Origin: Spirochaetia bacterium
GTDB lineage: Bacteria; Spirochaetota; Spirochaetia; UBA9216
Assembly (NCBI GenBank): GCA_965140585.1
Contig: OZ223270.1
Coordinates: forward strand, 128,001-192,000
DNA: 64,000 nt
Direction: 5' to 3'
Part shown: positions 38,173-48,668 of the stretch, one piece after another
Position numbering within the stretch: the stretch's first letter is position 1
Layout: each line of letters begins with the position of its first letter
Program-made: the position numbers and the translations under genes
The notes under the pieces: model-generated
Database searches by the model: none
The model's input: the letters and a program-made list of their open reading frames with translations, nothing else
What the model was told of the DNA's origin: nothing

Positions 38173-39783
38173 CTACTTTGAGCTCTTCTTTTCTATTGCG
38201 CCCTTAATGAATCCGGCGAAAAGCGGATGCGGGTCTGTGGGCTTTGAGGTAAACTCGGGGTGGAACTGTACACCGGTGCTCCAGCAGTGATTCGGCCACT
38301 GTACAGCCTCAACAAGCTGGTTGCCGGGAGTAGTTCCACCGATGATAAGGCCTGATTCTTCAAGGATCTCACGGTATTTGACCGAAACCTCGTAGCGGTG
38401 TCGGTGACGCTCATGGATGAGCGGTGTGCCGTAGCATTCGCGGATAAGACTTCCGTCTTTGAGGTGAGATTCGCTTCGGCCAAGACGCATTGTTCCGCCG
38501 TAGTCCTTAACATCAAGCTGCTCTTCAAGCAGACTGATTACCGGAGCCTCGCATTCCGGCTGGAACTCGGTACTGTTTGCATCGGCAAGGCCGGCTACAA
38601 AGCGGGCGTACTCGATTACCATTATCTGCATTCCAAGACAGATTCCCAGAATCGGAATATTTTTGGTTCTTGCATAGTTGGCCGCAAGAATCATTCCTTC
38701 AATACCGCGCTTTCCGAAGCCTCCGGGAATGAGGATTCCGTCGAGATTATCAAGCTGCTTGAGCTGCTTGGTATCCTTTTCAAGATTCTCGGAATCAACC
38801 CTTACAATTTCAACCTTCACTCCGTTGGCTATTCCACCGTGGCAGAGTGCTTCATTGATGGACTTATAGGCATCGTTGAGTTCAACGTACTTGCCGACCA
38901 TTCCGATTTTGATCGTATCTGCCGGATTATTATAAACTTCCGACACCTTTTCCCACTTGGATTTATCAGGCTCAACATATTCAAGCCCTAGTCTTTTGAG
39001 AACTATACGATCGAATCCCTGATTGGCATAAACCAGAGGGATTTCATAAATTGTTCCGTCTACGTCATATGCAGAGATTACACAGTCCTTATCGACATTG
39101 GTAAAAAGCGAAATTTTACGCTTCATCTCGTCATCAAGCGGCTTTGTTGAACGGCAGAGGAGAACATCAGGCTGAATACCTATCTCACGAAGCTCCTTGG
39201 CCGAATGCTGGGTAGGTTTGGTTTTAAATTCCTCGCCTGCGACCATCGGCACGAGTGTAAGATGAACAAAAACAACGTTCTCGCGTCCGACATCCGAGCT
39301 GAACTGCCTTGCAGCTTCCAGATAGGGAACCGATTCGATATCACCAACGGTTCCTCCTACTTCGACTATTGTAACTTCAGAGTCATTGTCGTTACCCGCA
39401 AGTGAAATTCTGCGTTTGATCTCGTCAGTTATATGGGGAATAACCTGAACAGTGCGTCCCAGGTAGCGTCCCTCACGTTCCTTTCTTATAACTTCCTGAT
39501 AAATCTGGCCGGTGGTTATTGTCTGATTCTTTGTGACCGGTGATGATGTGAACCGGAAATAGTTTCCAAGGTCCAGATCGGTTTCAGCCCCGTCATCTGT
39601 TACGTAAACTTCTCCATGCTGGAAGGGGCTCATAGTTCCGGCATCAACATTCAGATATGGATCAATCTTGACCATGCAGACCCTCAGTCCATGACATTCT
39701 AACAGGGTCCCGATAGAGGCCGCAGCGACCCCTTTACCCAGGCTGGAACAGACTCCGCCCGTTACAAAAACATACTTCTTCAT
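38173..39783 (-). CDS. pyrG: CTP synthase
   Basis: GGVCSSLGKG, KTKPTQHS, GICLGMQ, QFHPE. Confidence 0.98.
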   Translation of the reverse strand: MKKYVFVTGGVCSSLGKGVAAASIGTLLECHGLRVCMVKIDPYLNVDAGTMSPFQHGEVYVTDDGAETDLDLGNYFRFTSSPVTKNQTITTGQIYQEVIRKEREGRYLGRTVQVIPHITDEIKRRISLAGNDNDSEVTIVEVGGTVGDIESVPYLEAARQFSSDVGRENVVFVHLTLVPMVAGEEFKTKPTQHSAKELREIGIQPDVLLCRSTKPLDDEMKRKISLFTNVDKDCVISAYDVDGTIYEIPLVYANQGFDRIVLKRLGLEYVEPDKSKWEKVSEVYNNPADTIKIGMVGKYVELNDAYKSINEALCHGGIANGVKVEIVRVDSENLEKDTKQLKQLDNLDGILIPGGFGKRGIEGMILAANYARTKNIPILGICLGMQIMVIEYARFVAGLADANSTEFQPECEAPVISLLEEQLDVKDYGGTMRLGRSESHLKDGSLIRECYGTPLIHERHRHRYEVSVKYREILEESGLIIGGTTPGNQLVEAVQWPNHCWSTGVQFHPEFTSKPTDPHPLFAGFIKGAIEKKSSK

Positions 39784-39791
39784 GTAGATAT

Positions 39792-39820
39792 ATTATCCAG
39801 TTCGCGGGCCTGTATGTCAA
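39792..39820 (-). promoter_or_regulatory. pyrG promoter, probably leaderless
   Basis: TTGACA-N17-GATAAT, 8 nt before ATG, no SD. Confidence 0.6.
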
Positions 39821-39888
39821 AGGGAAAACCACTAATTCCTTAACGATTCACTGACAATTTACTACCCCCCGTGATGATTGAAGGATTA

Positions 39889-40194
39889 CTAAGAAGCTTT
39901 TATCTGAGGTATTCTTTCTAATTCGTAAGCGATTTTTTCTCTTTCTTTTCTTAGATCATATTCATCCTGAATCCCTAACCAAAAATCTGCAGAATTTCCA
40001 AAATATTTAGAAAATCTCAAAGCTGTATCTGCTGTTATCTTTCTATTGCCCTTTATTATCTGGGAAACCCTTGTGGCTGGTACATTGGTGTCTTTAGCTA
40101 ATCGATAAGCTGAAATATTCAAGGGAATGAGAAATTCTTCTAACAAAATCTCTCCAGGCGTTATTGTAGGTATTCTTTCCATATCTTCACCCAT
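39889..40194 (-). CDS. higA: HigA-family antitoxin
   Basis: TPGEILLEEFL...ITADTALRFSKYFG...FWL. Confidence 0.9.
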   Translation of the reverse strand: MGEDMERIPTITPGEILLEEFLIPLNISAYRLAKDTNVPATRVSQIIKGNRKITADTALRFSKYFGNSADFWLGIQDEYDLRKEREKIAYELERIPQIKAS

Positions 40195-40195
40195 G

Positions 40196-40477
40196 CTAAT
40201 GATAATCTGTTATTTCTACATCACTTGCAGAACCGTTACTCCAATGAAAGCATATTCTCCATTGATTATTTATTCTTATGCTATATTGGCCCTTCCTATT
40301 TCCAGTTAATTGTTCTAAATAATTTCCCGGAGGAACTCTTAAATCAATTACATCTTTCGCTCGATGAATCATGATAAGCTTTCTCAAATCTATTCTCTGA
40401 ATATCTTTAGGAAATCGTTTTGAATAAATTTCTTCCCAGATTTTTCTGGTTTCTTTATCTTTAAATGATTCAATCAC
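40196..40477 (-). CDS. higB: HigB (RelE-like) toxin
   Basis: GTG start; IESFKDKET...DLRVPPGNYLEQL...QYSIRINNQWRICF...DYH; toxin-first order. Confidence 0.9.
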   Translation of the reverse strand: MIESFKDKETRKIWEEIYSKRFPKDIQRIDLRKLIMIHRAKDVIDLRVPPGNYLEQLTGNRKGQYSIRINNQWRICFHWSNGSASDVEITDYH

Positions 40478-40558
40478 TAAAAAAATAATAACGCCTAACA
40501 TTATTAACGCCAAGAGTTAATATATTTTCGAATGTTAAAAAATCGAAGCCAACTACTA

Positions 40559-40683
40559 AAAAATCAAAAGTGAGAAACTTTTGATTTTTATACCTTAGAT
40601 GTAAAGGAACAATATTTTTGCAATTTATTGCTAAAATATTGTTCAAGTTAAAAAATCAGAGCGTACCGGCTCTGATTTTTTAA
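40559..40683. repeat. Three-hairpin intergenic element, copy A
   Basis: Stems 40559-40589, 40607-40644, 40648-40683; core ACCTTAGATGTAAA 40592-40605. Confidence 0.75.
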
Positions 40684-40710
40684 CACAATCCTAACAAATT
40701 TCTAACAATT
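40680..40710 (+). promoter_or_regulatory. Putative Pho box
   Basis: Three TAACA repeats at 11-bp period directly upstream of pstC. Confidence 0.6.
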
Positions 40711-40761
40711 CAAGAACGCTCTGCTAATAGTTTATACCTGCAAACTATTAGGAGATATATT

Positions 40762-41673
40762 TTGAAACAAAACTCTGATAACCAGAGAAAGATGCTTAAA
40801 GATATTGGCCGCAGAGCCGCACAGGAAAGAAGTGTTGAGATGATTCTTCTGGTCTGTGCGCTTGTTTCGGTTGTAAGCGTACTGTTCATATCGTTTTTCA
40901 TCTTTCAGAGAGGTCTTCCGCTTTTCAAGTCTGTCGGCGTCTTTGAGTTTCTGCTCGGAACTGACTGGTCACCTTCAAATGATACAAATCCTTCGTACGG
41001 AATACTTCCTTTTATTGTGGGATCGATATATGTAACCCTCGGCTCACTCGTACTGGCGGTTCCCATAGGCATTTTAACCGCTGTATTTATGGCTGAGATT
41101 GCAGGCACGAAGGTAGCAGACTTCATGAGAAGTGTTGTTCAGCTGCTTGCAGGAATACCCTCAGTCATTTATGGATTCTTCGGCGTTATAGTGATTTCAA
41201 AGTTCATACGTGAAACCTTCGGGGGTACCGGCTACAGCATGCTTTCGGGGTCCATCATCCTTGCAATCATGGTTCTTCCTACAATAATTAACATCACCGA
41301 GGTTTCTATAACTTCCCTTCCCCGAAACATCAAGGAAGGCTCACTTGCTCTCGGCGGTACAAGGTGGCAGACTATAATCAGGGTACAGATTCCGGCCGCT
41401 AAATCCGGAATAATTGCCGGGATTGTACTTGGTATGGGCCGGGCGCTTGGAGAGACAATGGCGGTTCTGATGGTTGCCGGTAATGCACCGATTATGCCGC
41501 AGGGACCTCTGTCCAAGGTGCGGACACTCACAATGAACATTGTAACCGATATGGGATACGCATCCGGAGATCATATGACGGCACTTTTCACAACGAGTAT
41601 CGTACTCTTCCTCTTCATCCTGATACTAAACCTTCTGGTCAACCTCCTGAAGGGCAAGGCGGAGGCCGTATAA
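40762..41673 (+). CDS. pstC: Phosphate ABC transporter permease PstC
   Basis: LLAGIPSVIYG, GMGRALGETMAV. Confidence 0.95.
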   Translation: MKQNSDNQRKMLKDIGRRAAQERSVEMILLVCALVSVVSVLFISFFIFQRGLPLFKSVGVFEFLLGTDWSPSNDTNPSYGILPFIVGSIYVTLGSLVLAVPIGILTAVFMAEIAGTKVADFMRSVVQLLAGIPSVIYGFFGVIVISKFIRETFGGTGYSMLSGSIILAIMVLPTIINITEVSITSLPRNIKEGSLALGGTRWQTIIRVQIPAAKSGIIAGIVLGMGRALGETMAVLMVAGNAPIMPQGPLSKVRTLTMNIVTDMGYASGDHMTALFTTSIVLFLFILILNLLVNLLKGKAEAV

Positions 41674-43322
41674 TGAATGTAACTTTTCAGGCAGAACCGG
41701 TAGATTCCAAAAATATTTTAAATGATATTCTGAAACGCGAGAAAAAAAAGGCTGAAACAAACTATATAAAAACCAACCGGATGAACAACCTTGCAACAGG
41801 GCTGCTCTGGGCAGCGGCTATAGTGACCTTCGGAATACTGGTTTATATTCTAGGATTCATCCTTTACCGCGGTTTCCGTTCAGACAATATCCTTGAACAG
41901 GATCACGTGTACATCAAGACAACTGAAACTCCCCTGCCCTGGCTTGAAGGCGATTCAGTTGTAATAGTCAACAAGGATGTCAGGATAAAGGAGATAAGCT
42001 ACTCCGATTTAAGCGGGCTTATCGGCGGTAAGCCGTCAAACTGGGGAAATATCAACGAACAGGACCTTGACGTTTTTCCCTATCTCCCGGATGGCGCCGA
42101 AGGCAAGACGGGAAAGAATATGACCTTTATGCCCTCAACTGCTGACATCATAAGTGCGGTAGCATCCCAAAAGGGCGGACTGGGAATAATTTCAGCGGAT
42201 AACGCCGAAACATCGGATTTATCTGACGTCAGAATCCTTCCGGTTATTCCCTTCTCAATTGCTGTTAACAGCTCGGTCCTTGAGATTCAGAATAATATAA
42301 AGATAAGGTTTACCGATGAAGACGGACTCAAGGCTCTTTTCAGCGGAAAGATTACAAACTGGCAGGACGCAGGCGGCATAGACCTGGCGGTGACACCAAT
42401 AATCCCTCCGGCCGGCAGTAAGGAATACGATGAATATCTGAGGCTTACAGGCCTTACGGCGAAGTCACTTCCTGCAAATGCAGTAAAAAGCACTTCGGAT
42501 ACCGACTATATTGAAAAACTCAACAGCACAAGCGGAGCGGTTGGTCTTGTGTTCACCGAAACAGCGGATGAGCTCAAACTGGATATTCTGAATTACCAGT
42601 ACCGGAAAACCGGAATGAACCTGCAGTGGTGGTTTCTCTTTGAAGAACCCAAGCGAGCTGGCCGTGTCGGCGGTATTTCATCGATTGTAGTTAACACGAT
42701 TTACATGGTGCTTCTGACAGTCCTGTTTTCAACCCCGATAGGCATAGGGGCAGCTGTTTACCTCACCGAGTATGCAAAGCAGGGAATACTGATAAAAATA
42801 CTGAGACTCGGAACAGAGACTCTGGCCGGTATTCCGTCAATCATCTTCGGTCTTTTCGGCTTCATAGTCTTTGTAGGATACATGCACCTGGGAATAGGGC
42901 TGCTTTCAGGAACGCTGACTCTGACGCTTATGATTCTGCCGACAATCATCAGAACAGCGGAAGAGGCAATAAAGGGTGTTCCGCAGTCGTTCAGGGCCGG
43001 AAGCCTTGCGCTTGGAGCCGGCAAGTGGCAGACAATATACAAGGTTGTAATACCAGCCGCAGCACCGGGAATACTCACCGGCGTAATCCTTGCAATCGGA
43101 CGTGCGGTCGGCGAAACAGCAGCCCTGCTTTTCACTATGGGCTTTGACTACCGGAGGGCAGAAAACCTTTCAACATCAGCCCGTGTCCTCTCAACCCATT
43201 TGTACCAGCTTGTCAAGGAAGGTATTTCCTTTGACCGGGCATTCGCAACAGCAACAATCCTTATAGTGATAATTCTTATTGTTAACGTTCTTTCTACAAG
43301 ACTCATCAGAAGGAAATACTGA
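41673..43322 (+). CDS. pstA: Phosphate ABC transporter permease PstA with large PstS-like periplasmic insertion
   Basis: C-terminal LAGIPSIIFG, GRAVGETAAL; insertion containing LFSGKITNWQDAGG. Confidence 0.9.
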   Translation: MNVTFQAEPVDSKNILNDILKREKKKAETNYIKTNRMNNLATGLLWAAAIVTFGILVYILGFILYRGFRSDNILEQDHVYIKTTETPLPWLEGDSVVIVNKDVRIKEISYSDLSGLIGGKPSNWGNINEQDLDVFPYLPDGAEGKTGKNMTFMPSTADIISAVASQKGGLGIISADNAETSDLSDVRILPVIPFSIAVNSSVLEIQNNIKIRFTDEDGLKALFSGKITNWQDAGGIDLAVTPIIPPAGSKEYDEYLRLTGLTAKSLPANAVKSTSDTDYIEKLNSTSGAVGLVFTETADELKLDILNYQYRKTGMNLQWWFLFEEPKRAGRVGGISSIVVNTIYMVLLTVLFSTPIGIGAAVYLTEYAKQGILIKILRLGTETLAGIPSIIFGLFGFIVFVGYMHLGIGLLSGTLTLTLMILPTIIRTAEEAIKGVPQSFRAGSLALGAGKWQTIYKVVIPAAAPGILTGVILAIGRAVGETAALLFTMGFDYRRAENLSTSARVLSTHLYQLVKEGISFDRAFATATILIVIILIVNVLSTRLIRRKY

Positions 43323-43325
43323 TTT

Positions 43326-44093
43326 ATGGAGAATACAATGACTGATAATAAACTGTCCGTTATGGACCTCGATTTCTTTTACGGAGATTTCAAGGCGCTG
43401 CACGGCATTTCAATGGAGATAGAGCAGAATAAGGTGACAGCCCTGATAGGCCCTTCAGGCTGCGGAAAGTCAACCTTCCTAAAAACCTTGAACCGGATGA
43501 ACGACCTTGTTGTCGGGTCAAAGGTAGACGGAACTATTCTTTATGACGGCGAGGATATCTACGGAAAGTATGATATAATTCAGCTTAGAAAGAAGATTGG
43601 AATGGTGTTTCAGAGCCCCAATCCCTTTGCAATGTCGATATTTGACAACATAGCCTACGGTCCCAGAATCCACGGGATAAAAAACCGTAAGGTTCTTGAT
43701 GAGATAGTTGAGAAAAGCCTTTCACAGGCGGCAATATGGGATGAGGTAAAGGACAGGCTTAACAAGCCGGCACTTGGACTTTCCGGAGGCCAGCAGCAGA
43801 GGCTCTGTATAGCCAGGGTTCTTGCTGTTGAACCTGATGTCATTCTTATGGATGAGCCTACAAGCGCCCTCGATCCGATATCAACATCAAGAATTGAGGA
43901 CCTGGTTGATGAACTTAAACAGGACTATACCATCGTAATAGTCACTCACAACATGCAGCAGGCGGGAAGGATTTCAGACTATACAGCCTTCTTTCTGCAC
44001 GGATACCTTGAAGAAATGGGACCGACAGAGCGTATCTTCTTCAATCCTGAAAGCAAAAAAACAGAAGATTATATATCAGGCCGATTCGGCTGA
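43326..44093 (+). CDS. pstB: Phosphate ABC transporter ATPase
   Basis: [29 protein letters not shown]. Confidence 0.97.
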   Translation: MENTMTDNKLSVMDLDFFYGDFKALHGISMEIEQNKVTALIGPSGCGKSTFLKTLNRMNDLVVGSKVDGTILYDGEDIYGKYDIIQLRKKIGMVFQSPNPFAMSIFDNIAYGPRIHGIKNRKVLDEIVEKSLSQAAIWDEVKDRLNKPALGLSGGQQQRLCIARVLAVEPDVILMDEPTSALDPISTSRIEDLVDELKQDYTIVIVTHNMQQAGRISDYTAFFLHGYLEEMGPTERIFFNPESKKTEDYISGRFG

Positions 44094-44108
44094 TATCCGG
44101 AGTAAAAA

Positions 44109-44768
44109 ATGAGTAAACCGAGATTACATTTTTCAAATGAAATGACAAACCTTAACGATCAGATCCTTCTGATGGGTACATATGTTGAAGAGGCATTGAA
44201 GAAATCTATAGAGGCTCTGAAAAACCAGGACGAAGTTCTGGCTGATCAGGTAATAAACGAAGACGAAAAAATAAACATTATGGAAACAGCCCTGTTCGAC
44301 AAGGTTTCAATAATCCTTGCAACCGAACAGCCTGTAGCAACCGACCTGAGGCATCTGACCGGCGCCATCAAGATAATTACAGATCTTGAGCGGGCGGGCG
44401 ACTATGCTGTTCACATAGCAAAGGGTGCAAAGCGGCTTTCAAAAGAAAACTACATTGCTCCAATCCAGCAGATTCCTGAAGCGGGGGAAACGGCACGGGG
44501 AATGCTCAGGGATGCGCTTACAGCCTTTGTAAACATGGATGAAGAGCTTGCAAGAGATGTTGCTGCAAGGGATGATGCCCTTGATAAAATCCACAAGAAG
44601 CTTCTGAAAAAGATGCTGAAATATATGAATAAAGAAGATGAAGCCAATATCGAACAGGCTACAAACTTGATCTTTCTGGCAAGATTTCTTGAACGCCTCG
44701 GCGATCATGTAACCAATATCTGCGAATGGGTGGTTTATACAAAAACCGGCCATCATGTTGAATTATAG
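44109..44768 (+). CDS. phoU: Phosphate signalling protein PhoU
   Basis: QPVATDLR, DLERAGD, LERLGDH. Confidence 0.95.
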   Translation: MSKPRLHFSNEMTNLNDQILLMGTYVEEALKKSIEALKNQDEVLADQVINEDEKINIMETALFDKVSIILATEQPVATDLRHLTGAIKIITDLERAGDYAVHIAKGAKRLSKENYIAPIQQIPEAGETARGMLRDALTAFVNMDEELARDVAARDDALDKIHKKLLKKMLKYMNKEDEANIEQATNLIFLARFLERLGDHVTNICEWVVYTKTGHHVEL

Positions 44769-44780
44769 CAGGAGGTTGAA

Positions 44781-45470
44781 ATGCCCGGTGAAAAAATCCT
44801 TGTAATCGAGGATGAACAGGACATTAGAGAACTGATAGCCTTCAATCTTGAAAACGAAGGCTATAAAATTCTGAAAGCTGCTACCGGTATTGAGGGCCTT
44901 GAAAAGGCAAGAAAGCATGCGCCCGATCTGGTACTGCTTGATATAATGCTGCCTGACGTGGACGGCCTTGAAATATGTAAAAAACTAAAACGCGATGAGA
45001 CAACCTCCGATATTCCTGTAATTATGCTGACCGCAAAATCAGAGGATTCGGATATCATTTCAGGACTGGAGCTTGGAGCTGACGACTATATAACAAAACC
45101 CTTCAGCCCACGGGTCCTGCTTGCCCGTATAAGAACAGTACTCCGGAGGAACACCGACGGGGAAGATGACGGGAACCAGCTGATCCGGGTCCATGAAATA
45201 CAGATAGATATAAAAAAGCACGAAGTCCTCAGCAGCGAAGAAGATGTGAATCTTTCGGCAACCGAGTTTGCAATCCTCAGCCATCTCGCATCCAATCCGG
45301 GATGGGTGTTTTCAAGAAACCAGATAATTGACGCAGTACGCGGACAGAACTATCCGGTTACAGAGCGCTCTGTAGATGTACAGATTCTGGGAATCAGGAA
45401 AAAGCTCGGATCTCAGGGCAGATATATTGAAACCGTCCGCGGAGTCGGTTATCGTCTGAAGAGTGACTGA
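44781..45470 (+). CDS. phoB: PhoB/PhoP-like OmpR-family response regulator
   Basis: Receiver LDIMLP, KPFSP, wHTH ETVRGVGY; pst context. Confidence 0.88.
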   Translation: MPGEKILVIEDEQDIRELIAFNLENEGYKILKAATGIEGLEKARKHAPDLVLLDIMLPDVDGLEICKKLKRDETTSDIPVIMLTAKSEDSDIISGLELGADDYITKPFSPRVLLARIRTVLRRNTDGEDDGNQLIRVHEIQIDIKKHEVLSSEEDVNLSATEFAILSHLASNPGWVFSRNQIIDAVRGQNYPVTERSVDVQILGIRKKLGSQGRYIETVRGVGYRLKSD

Positions 45471-45471
45471 T

Positions 45472-45615
45472 CCAAATTTAAAACGCGGTTGGTTTTAAAT
45501 TTGGCTTTGAAGATTTTTGATGTTAAGTAAATATAAATACTTGAGTGAACCTATGCAAAAATCTTCATTTACATCCAAGGTAAGAATAATAAAAGTCGCT
45601 AACTTTTATTATTCT
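45472..45615. repeat. Three-hairpin intergenic element, copy B (inverted relative to A and C)
   Basis: Stems 45472-45504, 45508-45567, 45583-45615; core TTTACATCCAAGGT 45568-45581. Confidence 0.75.
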
Positions 45616-45641
45616 AAATTTTTCTTACAAAAAGGACACGA

Positions 45642-47411
45642 ATGAAAAAGCGCCCTCTATTCCGGCAGAGCTTTCTGGTACTGATGCTGATGATGCTCAT
45701 CGCGATAGTACCTATAGCCGTCTTCAACACCTATAACTTTAAAACCTTTTATTACAGTGAAACCGAAGAATACCTGAAGGAAAGCTGTATCCTGCTAAAA
45801 AATGTTTTTCCGCAGAGCCTTGCATCAACCGACATAGCGGGAATCGAGAAATTCGCGTACACGGCATCCAGCGAAACCGACATGCGTGTTACCATCATAA
45901 ACGAAAACGGACTCGTGCTGGCCGATTCCCAGAACGACCCTGACAGCATGAACAACCACGCAGACCGGCCGGAGGTCTCTGCAGCTCTTTCCGGAAACTA
46001 CGGGTCCTCAACCCGCAACAGCGCAACCATGTCTTTTGAAATGATGTATTCGGCCGTTCCGGTAAGCTTCAGTGATTCGACCAACGGTGCCATCAGGCTT
46101 GCACGTTCACTTGAAGACATCGACTCAAGATTGTCACTCATAAACCGGAGCGTTGTAATACTGAGCATCATTCTTTTTATAGCGGTCGGAGTTCTCAGCT
46201 ACATCCTTGCCGGCTGGGTAAGCCGGATAATCAATGAACTCAAGCAGACCGCGGCAATGTACGCGGCCGGTGATTTTTCAAAAAAGCTGTTTATTGAACG
46301 CCCTCAGGAAATTTCCGAACTCTCGGATGATATCAACTCGATGGGTATGCAGCTGCAGGATCGTATAAACAAGGTTGAAACACAGAAAAACGAGCTTCAG
46401 CTGATTCTCAACAATATGACAGAACCGGTTCTCTTCACCGACAGAAGGCTGCATATACTCAGGATTAATTCGGCCGCGGAAACGCTGTTTCATTTTAACG
46501 AAGAGAACGACAGAGGCAGAAGCATTCTTGAACTTTTCCGGAACTCGGATCTGAATAACTTCGCACAGAGTATGGTTGAGACAGGAACCTCGAAAACAGA
46601 AATTATCACCCTGGATCTTCCCCGACCTGCTCACCTTGAAATTCACGGAACCGTGGTTAAGGATGCCGAAGGGGAAGTAAGCGCCCTTCTGCTTGTAATG
46701 CACGACATCACCCGGATGAAACAGCTGGAACAGATGCGCAAGGATTTTGTAGCCAATGTATCACACGAACTTAAGACTCCGGTCACGATGATTAAGGGAT
46801 ATATTGAAACCCTGCTGGACAGCATGTCCCCGGAGGAAGGTGAAAATAACACCATTAAATTCCTGGGAATCATGGAGAAGCACTCTTCCAGAATCGAGGC
46901 TATTATCGATGACCTGCTTCTGCTCTCGGGTATAGAAAAAAATGACGGAAATGCTCCGCTTTTTGAAGAGATTCCTGCAATAGACCTGCTCACAAGCGCG
47001 GTTACCAGCTGCGAGCCCAGAGCCGAGGATAAAAATATAAAACTTAAAATGAACTGCCCTGAAAACATCATTCTGAGGGTTCACCCCCTGCTTGCTGAAC
47101 AGGCTGTAATAAACCTGATCGACAATGGAATTAAATACAGCGGAACTAATACCGAGATAAAGGTTTCTGTAAAACAGAATGATGAAGGCAAAACCTGTAT
47201 AAGTGTTAAGGACCAGGGCTGCGGAATATCGCAGGAAGATCAGGAACGGATTTTTGAAAGGTTCTACCGCGTAGACAAGGCGCGCAGCAGGGAATCAGGC
47301 GGTACAGGCCTGGGGCTGTCGATAGTCAAGCATATTGCCCTCAGCCACAACGGAAGCATCTCGGTTGAGAGCACTCCGGGAAAGGGCTCAACTTTTACTA
47401 TCTGCCTGTAG
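45642..47411 (+). CDS. phoR: PhoR-like sensor histidine kinase (HAMP, PAS)
   Basis: FVANVSHELKTP, NLIDNGIKY, RFYRVDKARSR..GGTGLGL. Confidence 0.9.
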   Translation: MKKRPLFRQSFLVLMLMMLIAIVPIAVFNTYNFKTFYYSETEEYLKESCILLKNVFPQSLASTDIAGIEKFAYTASSETDMRVTIINENGLVLADSQNDPDSMNNHADRPEVSAALSGNYGSSTRNSATMSFEMMYSAVPVSFSDSTNGAIRLARSLEDIDSRLSLINRSVVILSIILFIAVGVLSYILAGWVSRIINELKQTAAMYAAGDFSKKLFIERPQEISELSDDINSMGMQLQDRINKVETQKNELQLILNNMTEPVLFTDRRLHILRINSAAETLFHFNEENDRGRSILELFRNSDLNNFAQSMVETGTSKTEIITLDLPRPAHLEIHGTVVKDAEGEVSALLLVMHDITRMKQLEQMRKDFVANVSHELKTPVTMIKGYIETLLDSMSPEEGENNTIKFLGIMEKHSSRIEAIIDDLLLLSGIEKNDGNAPLFEEIPAIDLLTSAVTSCEPRAEDKNIKLKMNCPENIILRVHPLLAEQAVINLIDNGIKYSGTNTEIKVSVKQNDEGKTCISVKDQGCGISQEDQERIFERFYRVDKARSRESGGTGLGLSIVKHIALSHNGSISVESTPGKGSTFTICL

Positions 47412-47424
47412 ACTCAGAGACGGC

Positions 47425-48228
47425 TCAGAATACCAGAAAGCCGCCGTTTTTAAGAGTCTGCTTGTTATAGGGAAATTCGCTGCCGTCAAGGCTGGTACAG
47501 CTGCGGCCGGCACCCTCTACTACTGCATGGGCGGCGGCGGTGTCCCACTCCATTGTGGGGCTGAAGCGGGGATAGATATCGGCGGTTCCTTCTGCGATCA
47601 TGCAGAACTTGAGACTGCTTCCGGCTGTAATGATTTCAACAGAACTGCAGCCCTTTTCTTTTGCCCAGTCATTTACAAACTTGTCAAATTCTTCACTGCG
47701 ATGGGAACGGCTTCCTGCTGCAACAAGTACATCATCACGCCGGTTAATTGATTCATCCGGCAGCTGAACCGAATTCACGGCTTTTCCGTTTTTAACATCA
47801 GCGCGGAAACTACCGGTCGGCTCAGAACCGTAATAAACAACTCCGGTAACAGGAACATAGACAATACCGGCATAAGGCCGGCTGCTTTTCATAAGGGCTA
47901 TATTGACTGTAAACTCACCGTTCTTTTTTACAAATTCCTTGGTACCGTCCAGTGGATCTATCAGCCAGTAATAATCCCAATACTGTCTTTGCGTGTAAGG
48001 GGCAATATCTCCCTCTTCAGAAATGAGCGGGATGATTCCGCCTTCAACTTTTATCGTTTCAAGCCTGCTGCAGATGTACTCATGAGAAGCCTGATCGGCC
48101 CGGGTAAGCGGGGAATTATCCTCTTTCATTTCAACAGGAAAATCCCTGCTGTAAACATCAAGAATAAGTTCACCTGCATGAGCGCAGATTGAAACAAGGG
48201 TGTCGAAGATATTATTCAAATTTTCCAT
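47425..48228 (-). CDS. cysQ: 3'(2'),5'-bisphosphate nucleotidase
   Basis: SPLTRAD, SEE, IDPLDGTKEF, GSSLK, MEWDTAA; ATG at 48228 preferred. Confidence 0.93.
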   Translation of the reverse strand: MENLNNIFDTLVSICAHAGELILDVYSRDFPVEMKEDNSPLTRADQASHEYICSRLETIKVEGGIIPLISEEGDIAPYTQRQYWDYYWLIDPLDGTKEFVKKNGEFTVNIALMKSSRPYAGIVYVPVTGVVYYGSEPTGSFRADVKNGKAVNSVQLPDESINRRDDVLVAAGSRSHRSEEFDKFVNDWAKEKGCSSVEIITAGSSLKFCMIAEGTADIYPRFSPTMEWDTAAAHAVVEGAGRSCTSLDGSEFPYNKQTLKNGGFLVF

Positions 48229-48241
48229 AAATCGGGAAAAA

Positions 48242-48598
48242 TCAGTCTTCAAGCTCCATATAAGTTGCAATCTTCTCAAGTTTTCGCTCAACAAGAACTC
48301 TGACAGCCCCGGGAAGTCCCGCAGCCTTCATTTCATTAATAAAGTAGTTCTCGATATAGGCTCTGAGTTCATTAACATTTTCACTTTCAGCCTTGGCTTT
48401 TTCCACGGCCTTGGAAACATTTTCAAGCCCTAGAACTTCTCTTTTCAGAAGGCTGGTATTCTCTAGAAAAACATATTCGGTTATTTCATGTTCATCAAAC
48501 CGGCGTTTCATATTTTCTTCATTGAATTCAATGTCATATATCAGATCTTCAAGCTCGATTTTTAGTATCTCGAGATATTTCTTCATTTTGTTGTCCAT
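48242..48598 (-). CDS. Hypothetical helical protein
   Basis: GGAGG SD, 118-aa ORF in tandem with cysQ. Confidence 0.7.
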   Translation of the reverse strand: MDNKMKKYLEILKIELEDLIYDIEFNEENMKRRFDEHEITEYVFLENTSLLKREVLGLENVSKAVEKAKAESENVNELRAYIENYFINEMKAAGLPGAVRVLVERKLEKIATYMELED

Positions 48599-48668
48599 AT
48601 TTAAACCCTCCGTTTAAAGTATATATACACTGTTATCTGATCGCAATAAATGATAATATACAGATTAT

